Of a DNA stretch of 64,000 nucleotides, positions 1-10,654 are shown piece by piece. This DNA comes from Clostridia bacterium. Its GTDB lineage: Bacteria; Bacillota; Clostridia; UBA1212; DUPL01. The stretch covers positions 128,001-192,000 of the forward strand of contig JBMNIW010000012.1 of the NCBI GenBank assembly GCA_050951325.1, in the 5' to 3' direction. Within the stretch, counting starts at the first letter, position 1. Each line of letters opens with the position of its first letter. Both the position numbers and the translations under genes were made by a program. The notes beneath the pieces are model-generated. The model was not told where the DNA came from and did no database searches. It saw only the letters and a list, made by a program, of their open reading frames with translations.

Positions 1-713
1 TCTTCGTTATAAATTGTTGAATCTATGTACACTAAATCAAGTTCCAGTTCTGAATCGGTAGCTGGCATCTTCTTTACAAGATTAATCACTTCATCGTCAT
101 GTATCGGCATAATTTTATTTACATCGGGGGACACTTCAAGAAATTGCTGCGTGTATGAGTAATTGTTGTTTCCAACAAAGTTTCTGTAGAGCACGTTGCC
201 GTCCTTGATTGAAAAGTTCATATTTCCCTTTGAATAATCTTTAACAAACTCATTGAACTGTTCAAAAAACTCTTTTAAGAAAAGTACTTCGCCTTTATCT
301 ATCATGTATGGTGCATACCCAGGTCTAATCGATACAAACTGTATCCATTCATTTTTACCGCGAAAAGATATTCCAAGCTCTCTTAACTTCTCAAGTTGCA
401 TTCCAAGCATTTCCTGTCTGTCGCAGAAATAACAGATTAAATAATTCTGTTCACATTTTACCTGATATGTATCGTCCTTGTTGCTTAGATATTCAGAGTA
501 TTTTGCCAGAGATGTTCTGTTCGGATAAATTGCGATTGCTATTGCATCGGATTCCTCACCAGTTACTATACAATAACATGGCTCATCTCGCCCGGGTATA
601 TCCAGCGCCAGTATCCAATTATCGCCGACATACTGCCAAGGTTTCAGGCTTTTTGTCACTTTAGCCACTTCATAAAGCTCTGTCCATTCCTGAACCGACG
701 CATCCACGAACAT
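1..713 (-). CDS. Hypothetical protein, paralogue of 889..1896; runs off the left edge
   Basis: Not in the ORF track. ATG at 713 opens MFVDASVQEWTELYEVAKVTKSLKPW...LRELGISFRGKNEWIQFVSIRPGYAP with no stop to base 1. It matches MIKATLDDWAQLY...LRPW...LGLSFRGRMNWVFF...YAP of the neighbour. Confidence 0.8.
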   Translation of the reverse strand, partial: MFVDASVQEWTELYEVAKVTKSLKPWQYVGDNWILALDIPGRDEPCYCIVTGEESDAIAIAIYPNRTSLAKYSEYLSNKDDTYQVKCEQNYLICYFCDRQEMLGMQLEKLRELGISFRGKNEWIQFVSIRPGYAPYMIDKGEVLFLKEFFEQFNEFVKDYSKGNMNFSIKDGNVLYRNFVGNNNYSYTQQFLEVSPDVNKIMPIHDDEVINLVKKMPATDSELELDLVYIDSTIYNE

Positions 714-888
714 TTTAATAATTCCTTTCAATTTATGATTATGAATATAATATAACACATTTTCACAGGTTTGTAAATAGTTAATATTACCTCTTGCGGT
801 TGGCGTCAAAATGGAAAGACATATTTCACGCTGCTAACAAACTGGAAATAATCACGGATGCGTCCATATTCAGTTTTATGTATTGCAA

Positions 889-1896
889 TTAGTCAAACAT
901 CATTGAAAACAAAAAGTGGTCAATACTGGGAAGTCTTCCTTCCTTGAAAAGATGTATGCCTGTTTTGGAACAAAAGTCATCCAATAGCTCCTCACATATG
1001 TCTTTCGTGTAGTGTATTTTTCCAGGTCTGCCTACCTTTCCAATTGCTGAAAAAACAGCATCAAAAGTCATTTCAGCAAGATCGTCGTTAGGTAGAATTA
1101 TCCTTGTTTCAAGGATCTCACCTGAATTCCTGTTGCTAAGTATCAAAAGCCTTACAACCGGGTCCCTTTCAAACTGAGTGTCCTTTATTTTCGACTCAAC
1201 AAAGGTTATGTCAATATCAAAGCTGGCTCCGCTGTACGGAATCTTCTTGATTCTTTGAATCTGTAATTCATTTTCATACTTGTAGTAATCCGACTGTGCA
1301 TTGACTATGGGAACCTGCTTTTCTATGGTCATCCATCTCTTCTCATCATCGTCATAATATCTGCATAACGCAAAGCCATCATCAAACCTTACATCAATTT
1401 TGTTTGTGTTATAGTCTTCAATTGCATGGCAAATCTGCTCTATACATTCAGTAAGCAGCATGACTTCAATCTTGTCCGGGTCTGCAGGAGCATAGCATTT
1501 CCTTTTGGACAGGAAAAACACCCAGTTCATTCTCCCTCTAAAGGACAGGCCAAGTTCTTTAATAAGGTTATACTGGTTCTTTGGTACATTCTCTCTGTTG
1601 CCGATGCACATGGTAAATATGTCAACAGAACATATGTCGTTGAATACTTCCTCGTGCGTGTAATCCGGTTTTAAAAAGGGCTTGATAAATCTCGCATAGG
1701 CTGAGGAATCCCTGAGTATGTGAATTGATATAAGTTCGGGATTCTCGTCTATGCTTACATAATACATCTCGTCCCTATCGGGCATTTTAATTGAAATTGT
1801 GTCTAAAAAACTAAGAGATTCCCATGGTCTCAAGTTCTTCAGCCTGATTGCATGTCTGTATAATTGTGCCCAATCATCAAGTGTTGCTTTAATCAT
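889..1896 (-). CDS. Conserved Firmicute hypothetical protein
   Basis: 335-aa ORF with an RBS (GAAAGGGA); homologous to the adjacent gene; no catalytic motif recognised. Confidence 0.75.
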   Translation of the reverse strand: MIKATLDDWAQLYRHAIRLKNLRPWESLSFLDTISIKMPDRDEMYYVSIDENPELISIHILRDSSAYARFIKPFLKPDYTHEEVFNDICSVDIFTMCIGNRENVPKNQYNLIKELGLSFRGRMNWVFFLSKRKCYAPADPDKIEVMLLTECIEQICHAIEDYNTNKIDVRFDDGFALCRYYDDDEKRWMTIEKQVPIVNAQSDYYKYENELQIQRIKKIPYSGASFDIDITFVESKIKDTQFERDPVVRLLILSNRNSGEILETRIILPNDDLAEMTFDAVFSAIGKVGRPGKIHYTKDICEELLDDFCSKTGIHLFKEGRLPSIDHFLFSMMFD

Positions 1897-1968
1897 TGAT
1901 AGTCCCTTTCACATTATTTATAGTATATTATAGCACAATTATCTTTTTCGCCAAAATCAATACCCTTC

Positions 1969-2739
1969 TTATGGCTGTTTGCCGATGTACGCAAGTATTC
2001 CTCCGTCAACAAAAAGCACATGTCCATTAACAAAGTCAGATGCTTTTGATGCAAGAAAAACGCAAGGTCCTTTCAAGTCCTCGGGTGTTCCCCATCGGTT
2101 TGCAGGCGTTCTCGCCTTTATGTACTCGTTAAAAGGGTTGCCGTCTTGCCTTAAGGGAGCCGTTTGTGGTGTTGCAATGTATCCTGGAGCGATGCCATTT
2201 ACCTGAATGTTGTACTGTCCCCATTCAGAAGCAAGGCTTCTAGTAAGCATTTTGAGTCCGCCTTTTGCAGCTGCATAGGCACATACAGTTTCCCTTCCCA
2301 GCTCGCTCATCAGGGAACAGATATTGATGATTTTACCTCCGCCATTTCTTATCATATGGGGAGCTACTGCTTTCGATACTATAAATGGTGCCACCAGGTC
2401 CACATCCACAACTTCCTTGTATTCGTCAACGGTCATGTCTACTGCAGGTATCCTCTTTATGATACCTGCATTGTTTACTAGAATATCGATGCGTCCAAAC
2501 TCTTTTATGAGCATGTCCACAAATGCATTTACTTCTTCCTCCTTTGTGACATCGCAAATATAACCCTTTACATTCAGACCATTCTTCTTGTATTCTTCTA
2601 TTCCCCTTTTGATATTCTCTTCATGTATACCGTTGAATACTACATTTGCTCCCGCTTCAGAAAGAGCGGTAGCAATAGCAAAGCCTATTCCATAGGAACC
2701 TCCGGTTACCCATGCAACTTTTCCGTCTAAACTGAACAT
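1969..2739 (-). CDS. Gluconate 5-dehydrogenase / KduD-type SDR
   Basis: TGGSYGIG, NNAG and YAAAK motifs; C-terminus DGGILAYIGKQP; directly downstream of kduI. Confidence 0.85.
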   Translation of the reverse strand: MFSLDGKVAWVTGGSYGIGFAIATALSEAGANVVFNGIHEENIKRGIEEYKKNGLNVKGYICDVTKEEEVNAFVDMLIKEFGRIDILVNNAGIIKRIPAVDMTVDEYKEVVDVDLVAPFIVSKAVAPHMIRNGGGKIINICSLMSELGRETVCAYAAAKGGLKMLTRSLASEWGQYNIQVNGIAPGYIATPQTAPLRQDGNPFNEYIKARTPANRWGTPEDLKGPCVFLASKASDFVNGHVLFVDGGILAYIGKQP

Positions 2740-2751
2740 GCTGCTCCCCCC

Positions 2752-3597
2752 TTATTTCAAGTCCAATGTGGAAATGTGGTCCATGTCGGTAAACTCTCTG
2801 TTTTCACCAGCCATTGCCCATATGAAAGAATAGGAACCTGTACCGCATCCTGCGTGTATAGACCAGGATGGAGATATTACCGCCTGCTCATTCCCTACAA
2901 CTATATGTCTCGTTTCATCCGGCTTGCCCATGAAGTGGAACACTACGTTTTCTTCTTGTATGTCAAAGTAGAAATATACTTCCATGCGTCTTTCATGGGT
3001 GTGAGTTGGCATTGTGTTCCACACGCTGCCTTCTTTCAATATCGTAAGACCCATCGAAAGCTGACAGGTCTCCAAAACTGCCGGATGAATGTATTGATTT
3101 ATTATCCTTTCATTTGATGTCTTGGGACTGCCCATTGGATTCTTTGCAGCACTTTCCAAAGATATGTACTTGTCGGGGCATTTCTTGTGTGCAGGTGTTG
3201 ATGCCATGTAGAACTTTGCAGGCATGTTTTTATCATCGCTTTCAAAATATATTTCTTTTGCACCCATTCCTACATAAAGGCAGTCAAACTTGCCCATCTT
3301 GTATTCCTTTCCATCAACAGTAACTTTACCCTTGTCGCCTATATTAATAATTCCAAGTTCTCTTCTCTGTAATAGATAATCAACACCAAAACTTTTCCAT
3401 GCATCAAAGTTTTTGTCAATGGCTATTCTGTCTTCTGTTGGCATGCAGCCCATTATGAGTATTCTGTCAATATGGGAGTACACAGAAGTTATGTCATTTG
3501 GTTCGAATACTTTTTCAATAAGGAACTCCTCTCTAAGTTCTTTTGTAGTATACCTTTTTACATCCTTGGAATTTGCGCCATACCTTACATCCATCAT
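2752..3597 (-). CDS. kduI: 4-deoxy-L-threo-5-hexosulose-uronate ketol-isomerase
   Basis: YSHIDR, RRELGIINIG, WNTMPTHTHERRMEVYFYF, SPSWSIH and WAMAGEN motifs. Confidence 0.95.
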   Translation of the reverse strand: MMDVRYGANSKDVKRYTTKELREEFLIEKVFEPNDITSVYSHIDRILIMGCMPTEDRIAIDKNFDAWKSFGVDYLLQRRELGIINIGDKGKVTVDGKEYKMGKFDCLYVGMGAKEIYFESDDKNMPAKFYMASTPAHKKCPDKYISLESAAKNPMGSPKTSNERIINQYIHPAVLETCQLSMGLTILKEGSVWNTMPTHTHERRMEVYFYFDIQEENVVFHFMGKPDETRHIVVGNEQAVISPSWSIHAGCGTGSYSFIWAMAGENREFTDMDHISTLDLK

Positions 3598-3610
3598 TTC
3601 AAAACCTCCA

Positions 3611-5226
3611 TTAATCCTTAGTATATATCAACATCTCATTTATACTTACCCAGGTGCCACTGTAATTGTGAGCGCCGGTTACTCTTATTCGAATATATTT
3701 TGCTTCTATGTCCACATCATGGCTGAAAAAGAACCACTCTTTATCGTTCTTCCTATAGTCAACCACGGTTTCAAAGTCCTTCCCATCCATGGACTTTTCA
3801 ATAACATACCTGTAAGCTCTGTTCTGATAAGGAACCACCACAATTTTCTTAATGCCCAGCACTTCTTCAAATTCCAATGTAGCAGAATTTCCATATCCTG
3901 GACAGGACCACCTGTGTCCTTCCTTGTCTTCAGTAACACCATCCACCAACTTTACTGCTTCGTTTCCTTCCTGCTGGTTGGTTGCAGTCACTTTAATTTT
4001 CCCTTTATAGTAGTTGGGATCTATAGCTCTGTCTTCCTGTCTTATGGGCTCATAATCATCTTCAGGAATAACAAGCTCTGGTTGTTCATAGTCCTCACAA
4101 ATGGACATGAGTTCACATGCAGCCATGACAAATATGCCGACTGCGTACTGTTTTGTGCTCTGTCTTCTTGCTTCCTCATTATCATAGTTTTGATAATTCT
4201 GGGGACTGTCGGATACGGGTTGAACGTAAAGAAGCCTTCCTTCTTCTGAAATGGCATACTTGACTACTCCATCATAGGCTTTTTGCAATGTGCCAAAATA
4301 CTCGTCGTATTCGAGATAACCATGCTTTATCCCGACTGCATAACCATACATAAACATTACGGTGCCTGATGTTTCAATACCACCAAAATGTTCAGGATCA
4401 TCCAGGTTTGCATTCCAGGTGCCGTCTTCCCTTTGTCTATTCTTAAGAGATTTCGCCATTGCTTTGAAGTCCTTTAAATACACTTCATAAGATTCATGAT
4501 TTTTATCAAGCACTTCAAGGGTCTTGGCAAGACCGGCAAACGCCCATCCGTTTCCTCTTGACCACAGTATTTTTTTGCCCGATGGCGTCATCGTGTTATG
4601 CTTGTTTTTATCATATACGAATCTTGCGTCCCTGTAGAAAAGACTTGCATCCTCATCCCACATAATGTCCCGTGCCTTTTAAGTATGCACGGTAGGCATC
4701 GTCTATGTATTTAGCGTCCTTTGTTATGTTCTGAGAGTTCTGCATATACTGGAAGGCTCATGTAGACAAGATCTATCCAACCAAAATCCGTTCTTCCCTT
4801 TGCATTATAGTCTGCGTTTCGAATAACGTCTTCAAGGATATAATTTTCTTGTTTTAGTTTGTACAAGTCTATGTAGGTTTGTGATATACAGTAAAGATCT
4901 CCGTTGACAGTGTTTTGTCCTTTGTTGACAAGATAATGATGTCGTTTTGCATAATCAAGAGAATAATTGTAGAATTCGATGTTGCCGGAGTACATATATG
5001 CTCTTATGTTTCCGGAGTGATAAACAGCATCATCCCAGTTGTTTGAATTTGCTGTTAGATTTTCTTGAAAGTATGTGTTTACCTTGTTTATTGTTTCCAG
5101 TATTTCAGCGGCTTTGTATGCTGATGTTCTTACTTCATTAATATCTTCTTTATTCTCCGGTTTCTTGACACAGGAAACCTGTAAAATGAGAATAAGCACC
5201 ATTATTATGGACAGCGTTTTTTTCAT
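3611..5226 (-). CDS. Lipoprotein unsaturated-uronyl hydrolase (GH105/GH88-like) with C-terminal F5/8C (CBM32-like) domain; frameshifted near 4680-4740
   Basis: Joined from ORFs 4711..5226 (lipobox LQVSC, NWDDAVY, WIDLVYM) and 3611..4663 (WSRGNGW, ETSGT, LYVQP, discoidin-like tail AKYIRIRVTG...SINE). Confidence 0.8.
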
Positions 5227-5321
5227 CTATAGCCCCCCCGTTGGAATAGCTTAATACATACTATATACCAATATTAATAGGTAAAGTATGTAAACTCTAT
5301 CTTTTTTTGTGCATATTCAAC

Positions 5322-5837
5322 TTATATTTTACTTACTATTTCCAACGGCACATGAATTGTTGTAGTCTTGCCCATGAATTGAGTCTCAATTATCGCTATC
5401 CTCTTATGTCTATTTACCTTTTTAATTCTTCCTTCCTGTCCTTTAAGGGGTCCGTTAGTTACAAACACCTGGGCGCCTTCTATGTAACCTTTGGACATTT
5501 CCATAACTCTTTCATGGTTTAAAAAGTCAACAAAAACCTCCAATTCTTTTCTTTTGAGTGGAACGAATTGAAAGTCGGCATGAAGCACCCTTGTGAAATA
5601 TGGTACTTTCTTTATCTGAAGATATACTTGTTCTATTTGGTCACTTATTATGAACAAGTAACCAGGAAATAATGGCCTGGTTACTATCTTTACTCTTCCA
5701 TCTTTTTTATATACTCTTTCTGCCAAGGGAACGAAACAATCGATGTATATGTCCCTGTTTAATATGTCCTTTATTCTTTCACATACAAGTCTTTCTTTTT
5801 TTGTTGGTACTTGTATTACATACCAGTTAGTCGTCAT
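5322..5837 (-). CDS. loaP: NusG-paralogue antiterminator, LoaP/UpxY type
   Basis: NGN domain WYVIQV...LFPGYLF; KOW motif GPLKGQEGRI; basic KVNRHKR motif typical of LoaP. Confidence 0.8.
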   Translation of the reverse strand: MTTNWYVIQVPTKKERLVCERIKDILNRDIYIDCFVPLAERVYKKDGRVKIVTRPLFPGYLFIISDQIEQVYLQIKKVPYFTRVLHADFQFVPLKRKELEVFVDFLNHERVMEMSKGYIEGAQVFVTNGPLKGQEGRIKKVNRHKRIAIIETQFMGKTTTIHVPLEIVSKI

Positions 5838-5854
5838 TTATTCTCTAACCTCTG

Positions 5855-6584
5855 TTACGTGATGTTTAGTATTTCTTGCATGTTATATAATAGCTTATTA
5901 AAGGACTCTTTATCAAGTTTTTTACCCAGGTATTGAATTCCTTTTATATAGTCGGGCTTTCTTGTGCCCATGTTGTGGCAATCGCTACCCAATACCACAC
6001 GCCTGCCCTTCTTTATGAGTTTCATAAGGAAGGACCTGTATCTGAACTTGTCGACACAGGATGCGTCTACCTGGAATATTACATCAGGAATCTGGTACAG
6101 CTGCATAAAATCACTTTCTTCAAACACATCAAGATATCTGTCCACATGGGCAATCATTGGTCTTAATCTATGTTTGAAGATTATGTTTTCTATGACACTG
6201 ACTTCCCAACCTTTAAGTCTGCTGTAAGGCAGCTCAAACAGTATTATGTCAGTACCCTCGATGCACAGTTTTTCTACACCTTGCGCATACTGAAGATCTC
6301 TTTCTATGCTCACTTCAGCACCAAGCACAATAGGTCTTTCAGCAATACCTTGCCTGCGCATCTCTGACATAATTTCCAGATACGCTTTTTCTCTTCTATT
6401 TAAGAATTCACTTACTGTTTCCAAGTGGTGGTAATAATGTGGTGTGGCAATGATACTCTGCACCCCTTGATTGAGCAGAGCTTTTACCATTTGTCACACC
6501 AACTTCAGGGTCGGGTGCCCCATCGTCCATATCAGGCAAAATGTGTGTGTGGGTGTCAATCAACATGTATTTTTCACTAGGCAT
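5855..6584 (-). CDS. cpsB: PHP-family tyrosine-protein phosphatase (CpsB/CapC); frameshift near 6490-6520
   Basis: IDTHTHILPDMDDG read from ATG at 6584 in another frame, then IIATPH, LGAE, IAHVDRY and GSDCH. Confidence 0.85.
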
Positions 6585-6615
6585 TTAATACAACCCCTAC
6601 TATCAATAACTATAA

Positions 6616-7398
6616 TTATTGACTTGTTGTTTCTTCCTGGCTTGGGTTATAACCATAACCGTAGCCATACCCATAGCCATAGCCATACTCATAATTATAC
6701 TTCATTTTCTTGTATACCTTGTTCTTTGTTTGTATGTCAGTGACAACCACACCCAGGATGTTGATGTTTGCACTCTTTGCTCTTTCAATGGTTTTTGTAA
6801 TATCGTCATACTTGGTTATATTCTGCCTGGCTACTATTACAAGTCCTGCGCATTTGACAGCTATGAGTATTGAATCCGTCACTATATTTATAGGCGGGGA
6901 GTCTATGATGATGTAATCATAGAATTGATGCATCTTTTCAATAAAGGTGCTCATGTTTTGACTACCAAGCAGTTCTGATGGATTTGGTGGAATTGGACCG
7001 GATGTTAGCAGATCAAGTCCAGGTTCAACGTCTCTTTTAAGAGATTCTCCCAGAGTTTCAAAACCGATTAGTAATCTGGACAACCCGTTAGAGTTGTCTA
7101 CTTGGAAAATCTTATGTTGTATAGGTTTCCTAAGGTCGGCATCTACAAGAAGTACACGGGCAGATGTTTGGGCAAGTGTTATTGCCAAGTTAGCCGCTGT
7201 GGTACTCTTCCCATCACCCGGTGTGGGGGATGATATTACAAATGCTTTTCCTTGTTGCGTCGCCAATGCAAATTGTATGTTTGTTCTAAAGATTTTGTAA
7301 GATTCTACAATTGCAAAGGGTGTTTTTGCATTAATCCTGTCTTCATATGGATTTTTGCTGTGATACTCTACTCTTCTTTTCTTTCTTCGACTTAGCAT
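6616..7398 (-). CDS. cpsD: BY-kinase catalytic subunit (CpsD/CapB)
   Basis: ESYKIFRTNI, Walker A PGDGKST, VDADLRKP, IIIDSPP; C-terminal Tyr cluster YNYEYGYGYGYGYGY. Confidence 0.9.
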   Translation of the reverse strand: MLSRRKKRRVEYHSKNPYEDRINAKTPFAIVESYKIFRTNIQFALATQQGKAFVISSPTPGDGKSTTAANLAITLAQTSARVLLVDADLRKPIQHKIFQVDNSNGLSRLLIGFETLGESLKRDVEPGLDLLTSGPIPPNPSELLGSQNMSTFIEKMHQFYDYIIIDSPPINIVTDSILIAVKCAGLVIVARQNITKYDDITKTIERAKSANINILGVVVTDIQTKNKVYKKMKYNYEYGYGYGYGYGYGYNPSQEETTSQ

Positions 7399-7618
7399 AA
7401 TAACTCTCCTTCAACTTAAGTACATAAACCTGTCTGTTTCTCCTCTTTCAACTAGCATCTTCTATTCAATTTAGTATGTGCAAATATTATATCAACTGGT
7501 ATATTTTATCTATTTTTCCTGATTTATTTTAGTATATAACGCATTTAAAAAATAATCAATAGTTTATTTCATCTTTTTTAACATTTGATTAGCATTATTT
7601 TGCCCATAAATAGGAGAA

Positions 7619-7642
7619 CCTCTGTGCTTTTCAGCACAGAGG
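7619..7642 (-). terminator. Hairpin, probable intrinsic terminator
   Basis: CCTCTGTGCT-tttc-AGCACAGAGG, downstream of the 7693..10497 operon. Confidence 0.5.
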
Positions 7643-7692
7643 CAAGTCGAAGAATATTGATATAGAAGAGCTAATAGTTACTTAGCCAGTAT

Positions 7693-8440
7693 TCATTTTT
7701 GTGTGTCACCCATTTCTACAAATTCTTTTACTTCCGGTATCTTCTCACATAGTTCGTCATACATGAGCATGTCAGGGCTGATGTAGACGATGTAGAGTAT
7801 TTTTCCATTGTGTGCTAAGAATTCAACACCACACTTTTGTCTCGTTTTTGCTTTCTCAATATCATACAACATATTTTCCTGTCCAACTTTGATTATAAAG
7901 TCAATCAGCTCATCATTTGTAATAATAGCCCTTTCGGCCTCTCGTTCATTTTCATTTTTCCAACCAAACAAGGCTACTTCTCTAACATCCTCTTTCTTGG
8001 TGGTAAATATATAATTAACTTGCGGTATTACTTCTTTCAGGTCAAAGATATTCTCAAATCCATCTTCAGCAGTAACTGCTAGAAACTCGTGCATATACCT
8101 TTTGACCTTGCCATCCTTCATGTAGTAGGTAAATTCATAAGTTCCTGGTTTTAGTCCGAACTCCTCTTTTACTACCTCCACCACAGACATTTTCTTAACA
8201 TAGTCAAGAACCGTTTCTATGTTTTCTCTCTCCTCAATAACAAACTGGTCAGTAGAGTATTTGTCTGTTGGTGCCAGTCATTCTAATATGTATTTTCGTA
8301 ATACTGTCTGGAGTAAGATTTACATCAGAAAATTTACTGTTTTTATTCTGCGACATCACCATGAGGGTCAATATGACAATCAGGATTAAGCCGCTAAGTA
8401 GCAGCAGTATTTTCTTGTGTTTTCTAAAGCTTTCCAACAT
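7693..8440 (-). CDS. Membrane-anchored hypothetical protein, split by a frameshift near 8260
   Basis: ORF 8249..8440 (N-terminal TM helix) joins the 7693..8190 frame, which is open upstream (KYSTDQFVIEERENIETVLDYVKKM). Confidence 0.65.
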
Positions 8441-8475
8441 AAATATCGTCTCCAGTTATCTTTTGTAAAATTTAA

Positions 8476-9309
8476 TTACTCAATTACCACAGACACCTCG
8501 TCCTTAATCGGATACACACTAACTCCGTCAGTCAATGAGTACTCAATGACCGAAACCATGACCAGCTTTCCTTCTTCATTCTTGGAAATGTACTGATCCA
8601 CAATTGTAAAATTCTCAGAGTTTAGCGTGTCAACAATATTGCTCTTGCTTCTTTGTTGTGAGGCAATAGCTGAAGGTCTATTGATTGCTATGTGGTCATA
8701 TCTATCCCTGTTAAAAGCTGAGAATGCGCATACTTCTCCATCGAAGTTTACCCAAAGTCGTACATAGTCGTCGGTCCTGTAACCGTTTACATACTTGCGG
8801 TATATTACTTCGTAGTAAAACCTTTGGGGAGGAATCTTACATGATTCAAAATCATAATCATGATCTGAACCAAAAATCTTAATCATAAACTCTTCAGCTA
8901 TTTTTATTGCCTCATCATCGTTATCGAAGGGTGTCAACCTTTCTCCATCTATCTTTTTGTTTTTAACTCCGCAAAGCATATCAGTGTTTTGCAGATAGTA
9001 AAATTCATTACCATTATCATCTACGTATACATCATAGGAACCATAAGCATCGCTTCTATCTTCAGGCTTCCTGGAGCTCAGGTTTTCTGATCTATCATAT
9101 TTAAGCTTTGACTCTCTGCGTCAGAATATACGAATATTCCTGGCTCCCTTTGCCCTTTTGTTTATGTACATTCCGTAATTGTCAATCTCAGCATCCTTTT
9201 TCATATTGGCAGCCCTTGAATTTCTGTAACCGCTGTATGTAGCAATAGTGGCTGTACCAAATATCAATAAAAAAACTGCAATCACAATAAGAATTCTATT
9301 CTTAAACAT
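8476..9309 (-). CDS. Membrane-anchored or secreted hypothetical protein (YcdB/PepSY-like strands); interrupted at 9121
   Basis: ORFs 9121..9309 and 8476..8979 share a frame, separated by one TGA and 47 open codons; YRKYVNGYRTDDYVRLWVNFDGEV. Confidence 0.6.
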
Positions 9310-9323
9310 CCCAAACCCCTCCT

Positions 9324-10497
9324 CTACACACGGCTGTTGACATCGCCATAGTATGTTGTGTTAATGGTTCCTGCCTGATAAGCGCTATAGTCGGCGTATT
9401 CAACGCATTCCTTGATTGTTGCATCACTGCTCCAGCCTGCCCTGATAAAGAACAGCTTTGCCCAATATGTGGCACCAAGATGGCTGCATTTTTCGTTAAC
9501 ACCAACTACAAAATGTGCGCCTTTATCATATGTATCTCTAATCAAACCATATTTTCTTGAACCGAGCATTATATCAGCATCTGTATATGCAGCTAGATAA
9601 ATTACAATTTTAGCTCTGGCAAGTCCGTTGGCACTCTATCTCTTCTATCGCATATGTTGAAGGTGCATCAAAAAGGTTTCTGCTTGCTGCTATGTAACCC
9701 AAACTTTCATTTTCCTCGTTGGCAAAACATATTACAGCACACGGGTCACCATGCACATCGACAGTCGACATTCCCACAAACACCCATACAGCATCCCTTT
9801 TAAGGTAGTGATATGCAAATGATGCAGTAGCGTTGTTTAATTTAAATGCGTAGTAACCTTTTGCTGTCATGGTGTCCACAAAGGTCTTGTCCGCTCCGCG
9901 GGTATCAAAGTAGTTGGGTACGAACAAAATCCAATCCACCAAAATTATCTGGGAGTATATATCAGCATCATGTTTTGTTACCTTTTCAAAGGACCAGGCA
10001 GTTCCGTCACCAAGATTCAGAAAACTCAAGTATACTGTTCCGAATCCATTGGTGGCAAGAAACTGACCGTTATATTTTATATGATAGCATCCATTAATTT
10101 TCGGGTCGTGTGTTGTTGAAATTCTATCTATAGTAAACTGTTGATAGGATGCTCCATTGTCAGTCCATATGTCAACATTGTTACCGGTTATATCCAACAC
10201 TTTTCTTGTTGGGCTGGACATAGGCTGAAGTTTATATGTACCATTTGAGTTTCTGGTAATCTTCCATTGTTGAGCATATATTCGATTGCCTACACTGCTT
10301 ATAACTGGGGTGCCGTTCGAGTCTGCTCCATTTTGGACCTCCAAATATCTGCCAGTTATTACATTCCTGATGTAGTATACCTCTCCTGTCTCCAAACCCG
10401 GCACATCATTGGTAGCTGCCATCGCAGCATATCCGTTAAAGCCCAGGAAGCTGAACATCATTGCAAACAGCAAAACCATACATATTTTTTTCTGCAT
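9324..10497 (-). CDS. Secreted protein with a ricin-B (beta-trefoil) lectin domain and a C-terminal alpha/beta domain; frameshift near 9630
   Basis: Signal peptide; YYIRNVITGRYLEV, QQWKI, QQFTI and AWSF QxW-type repeats; continues as NGLARAKIVIYLAAYTDADIMLGS into ORF 9324..9569. Confidence 0.75.
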
Positions 10498-10546
10498 CTC
10501 TACATCAACCCCTTCAAGAATTATTTAGACTATTAGCTTGTCTAGT

Positions 10547-10608
10547 ATTATATCATGAAAAAACGCAATTTTTCGGGCATTGTTCCAAAATGTGTCCCAA
10601 ATGTTCCA
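10547..10608 (-). promoter_or_regulatory. Extended -10 promoter with a LytTR-type direct-repeat pair
   Basis: Minus-strand TGATATAAT (-10 at 10547-10552) with a poor -35. TGGAACA occurs twice exactly 21 bp apart (plus-strand TGTTCCA at 10581 and 10602). Confidence 0.65.
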
Positions 10609-10654
10609 TTCGGTAATTTGTATCATATATTATGGTATTTATTCCATTTTATCC

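Noticed and set aside
3413-4249. 278-aa plus-strand ORF, and other long antisense ORFs such as 53799..54458 and 19744..20283
   Set aside because: Shadow frames opposite well-supported genes, with no RBS or recognisable motifs.
6645-6700. Hexamer microsatellite as a phase-variable tract
   Set aside because: It encodes the Tyr-Gly autophosphorylation tail of the BY-kinase and has synonymous variation.
9121-9123. Selenocysteine or programmed readthrough at an in-frame TGA
   Set aside because: No SECIS-like hairpin or redox motif seen; compensating indel errors are plausible in this error-rich region.
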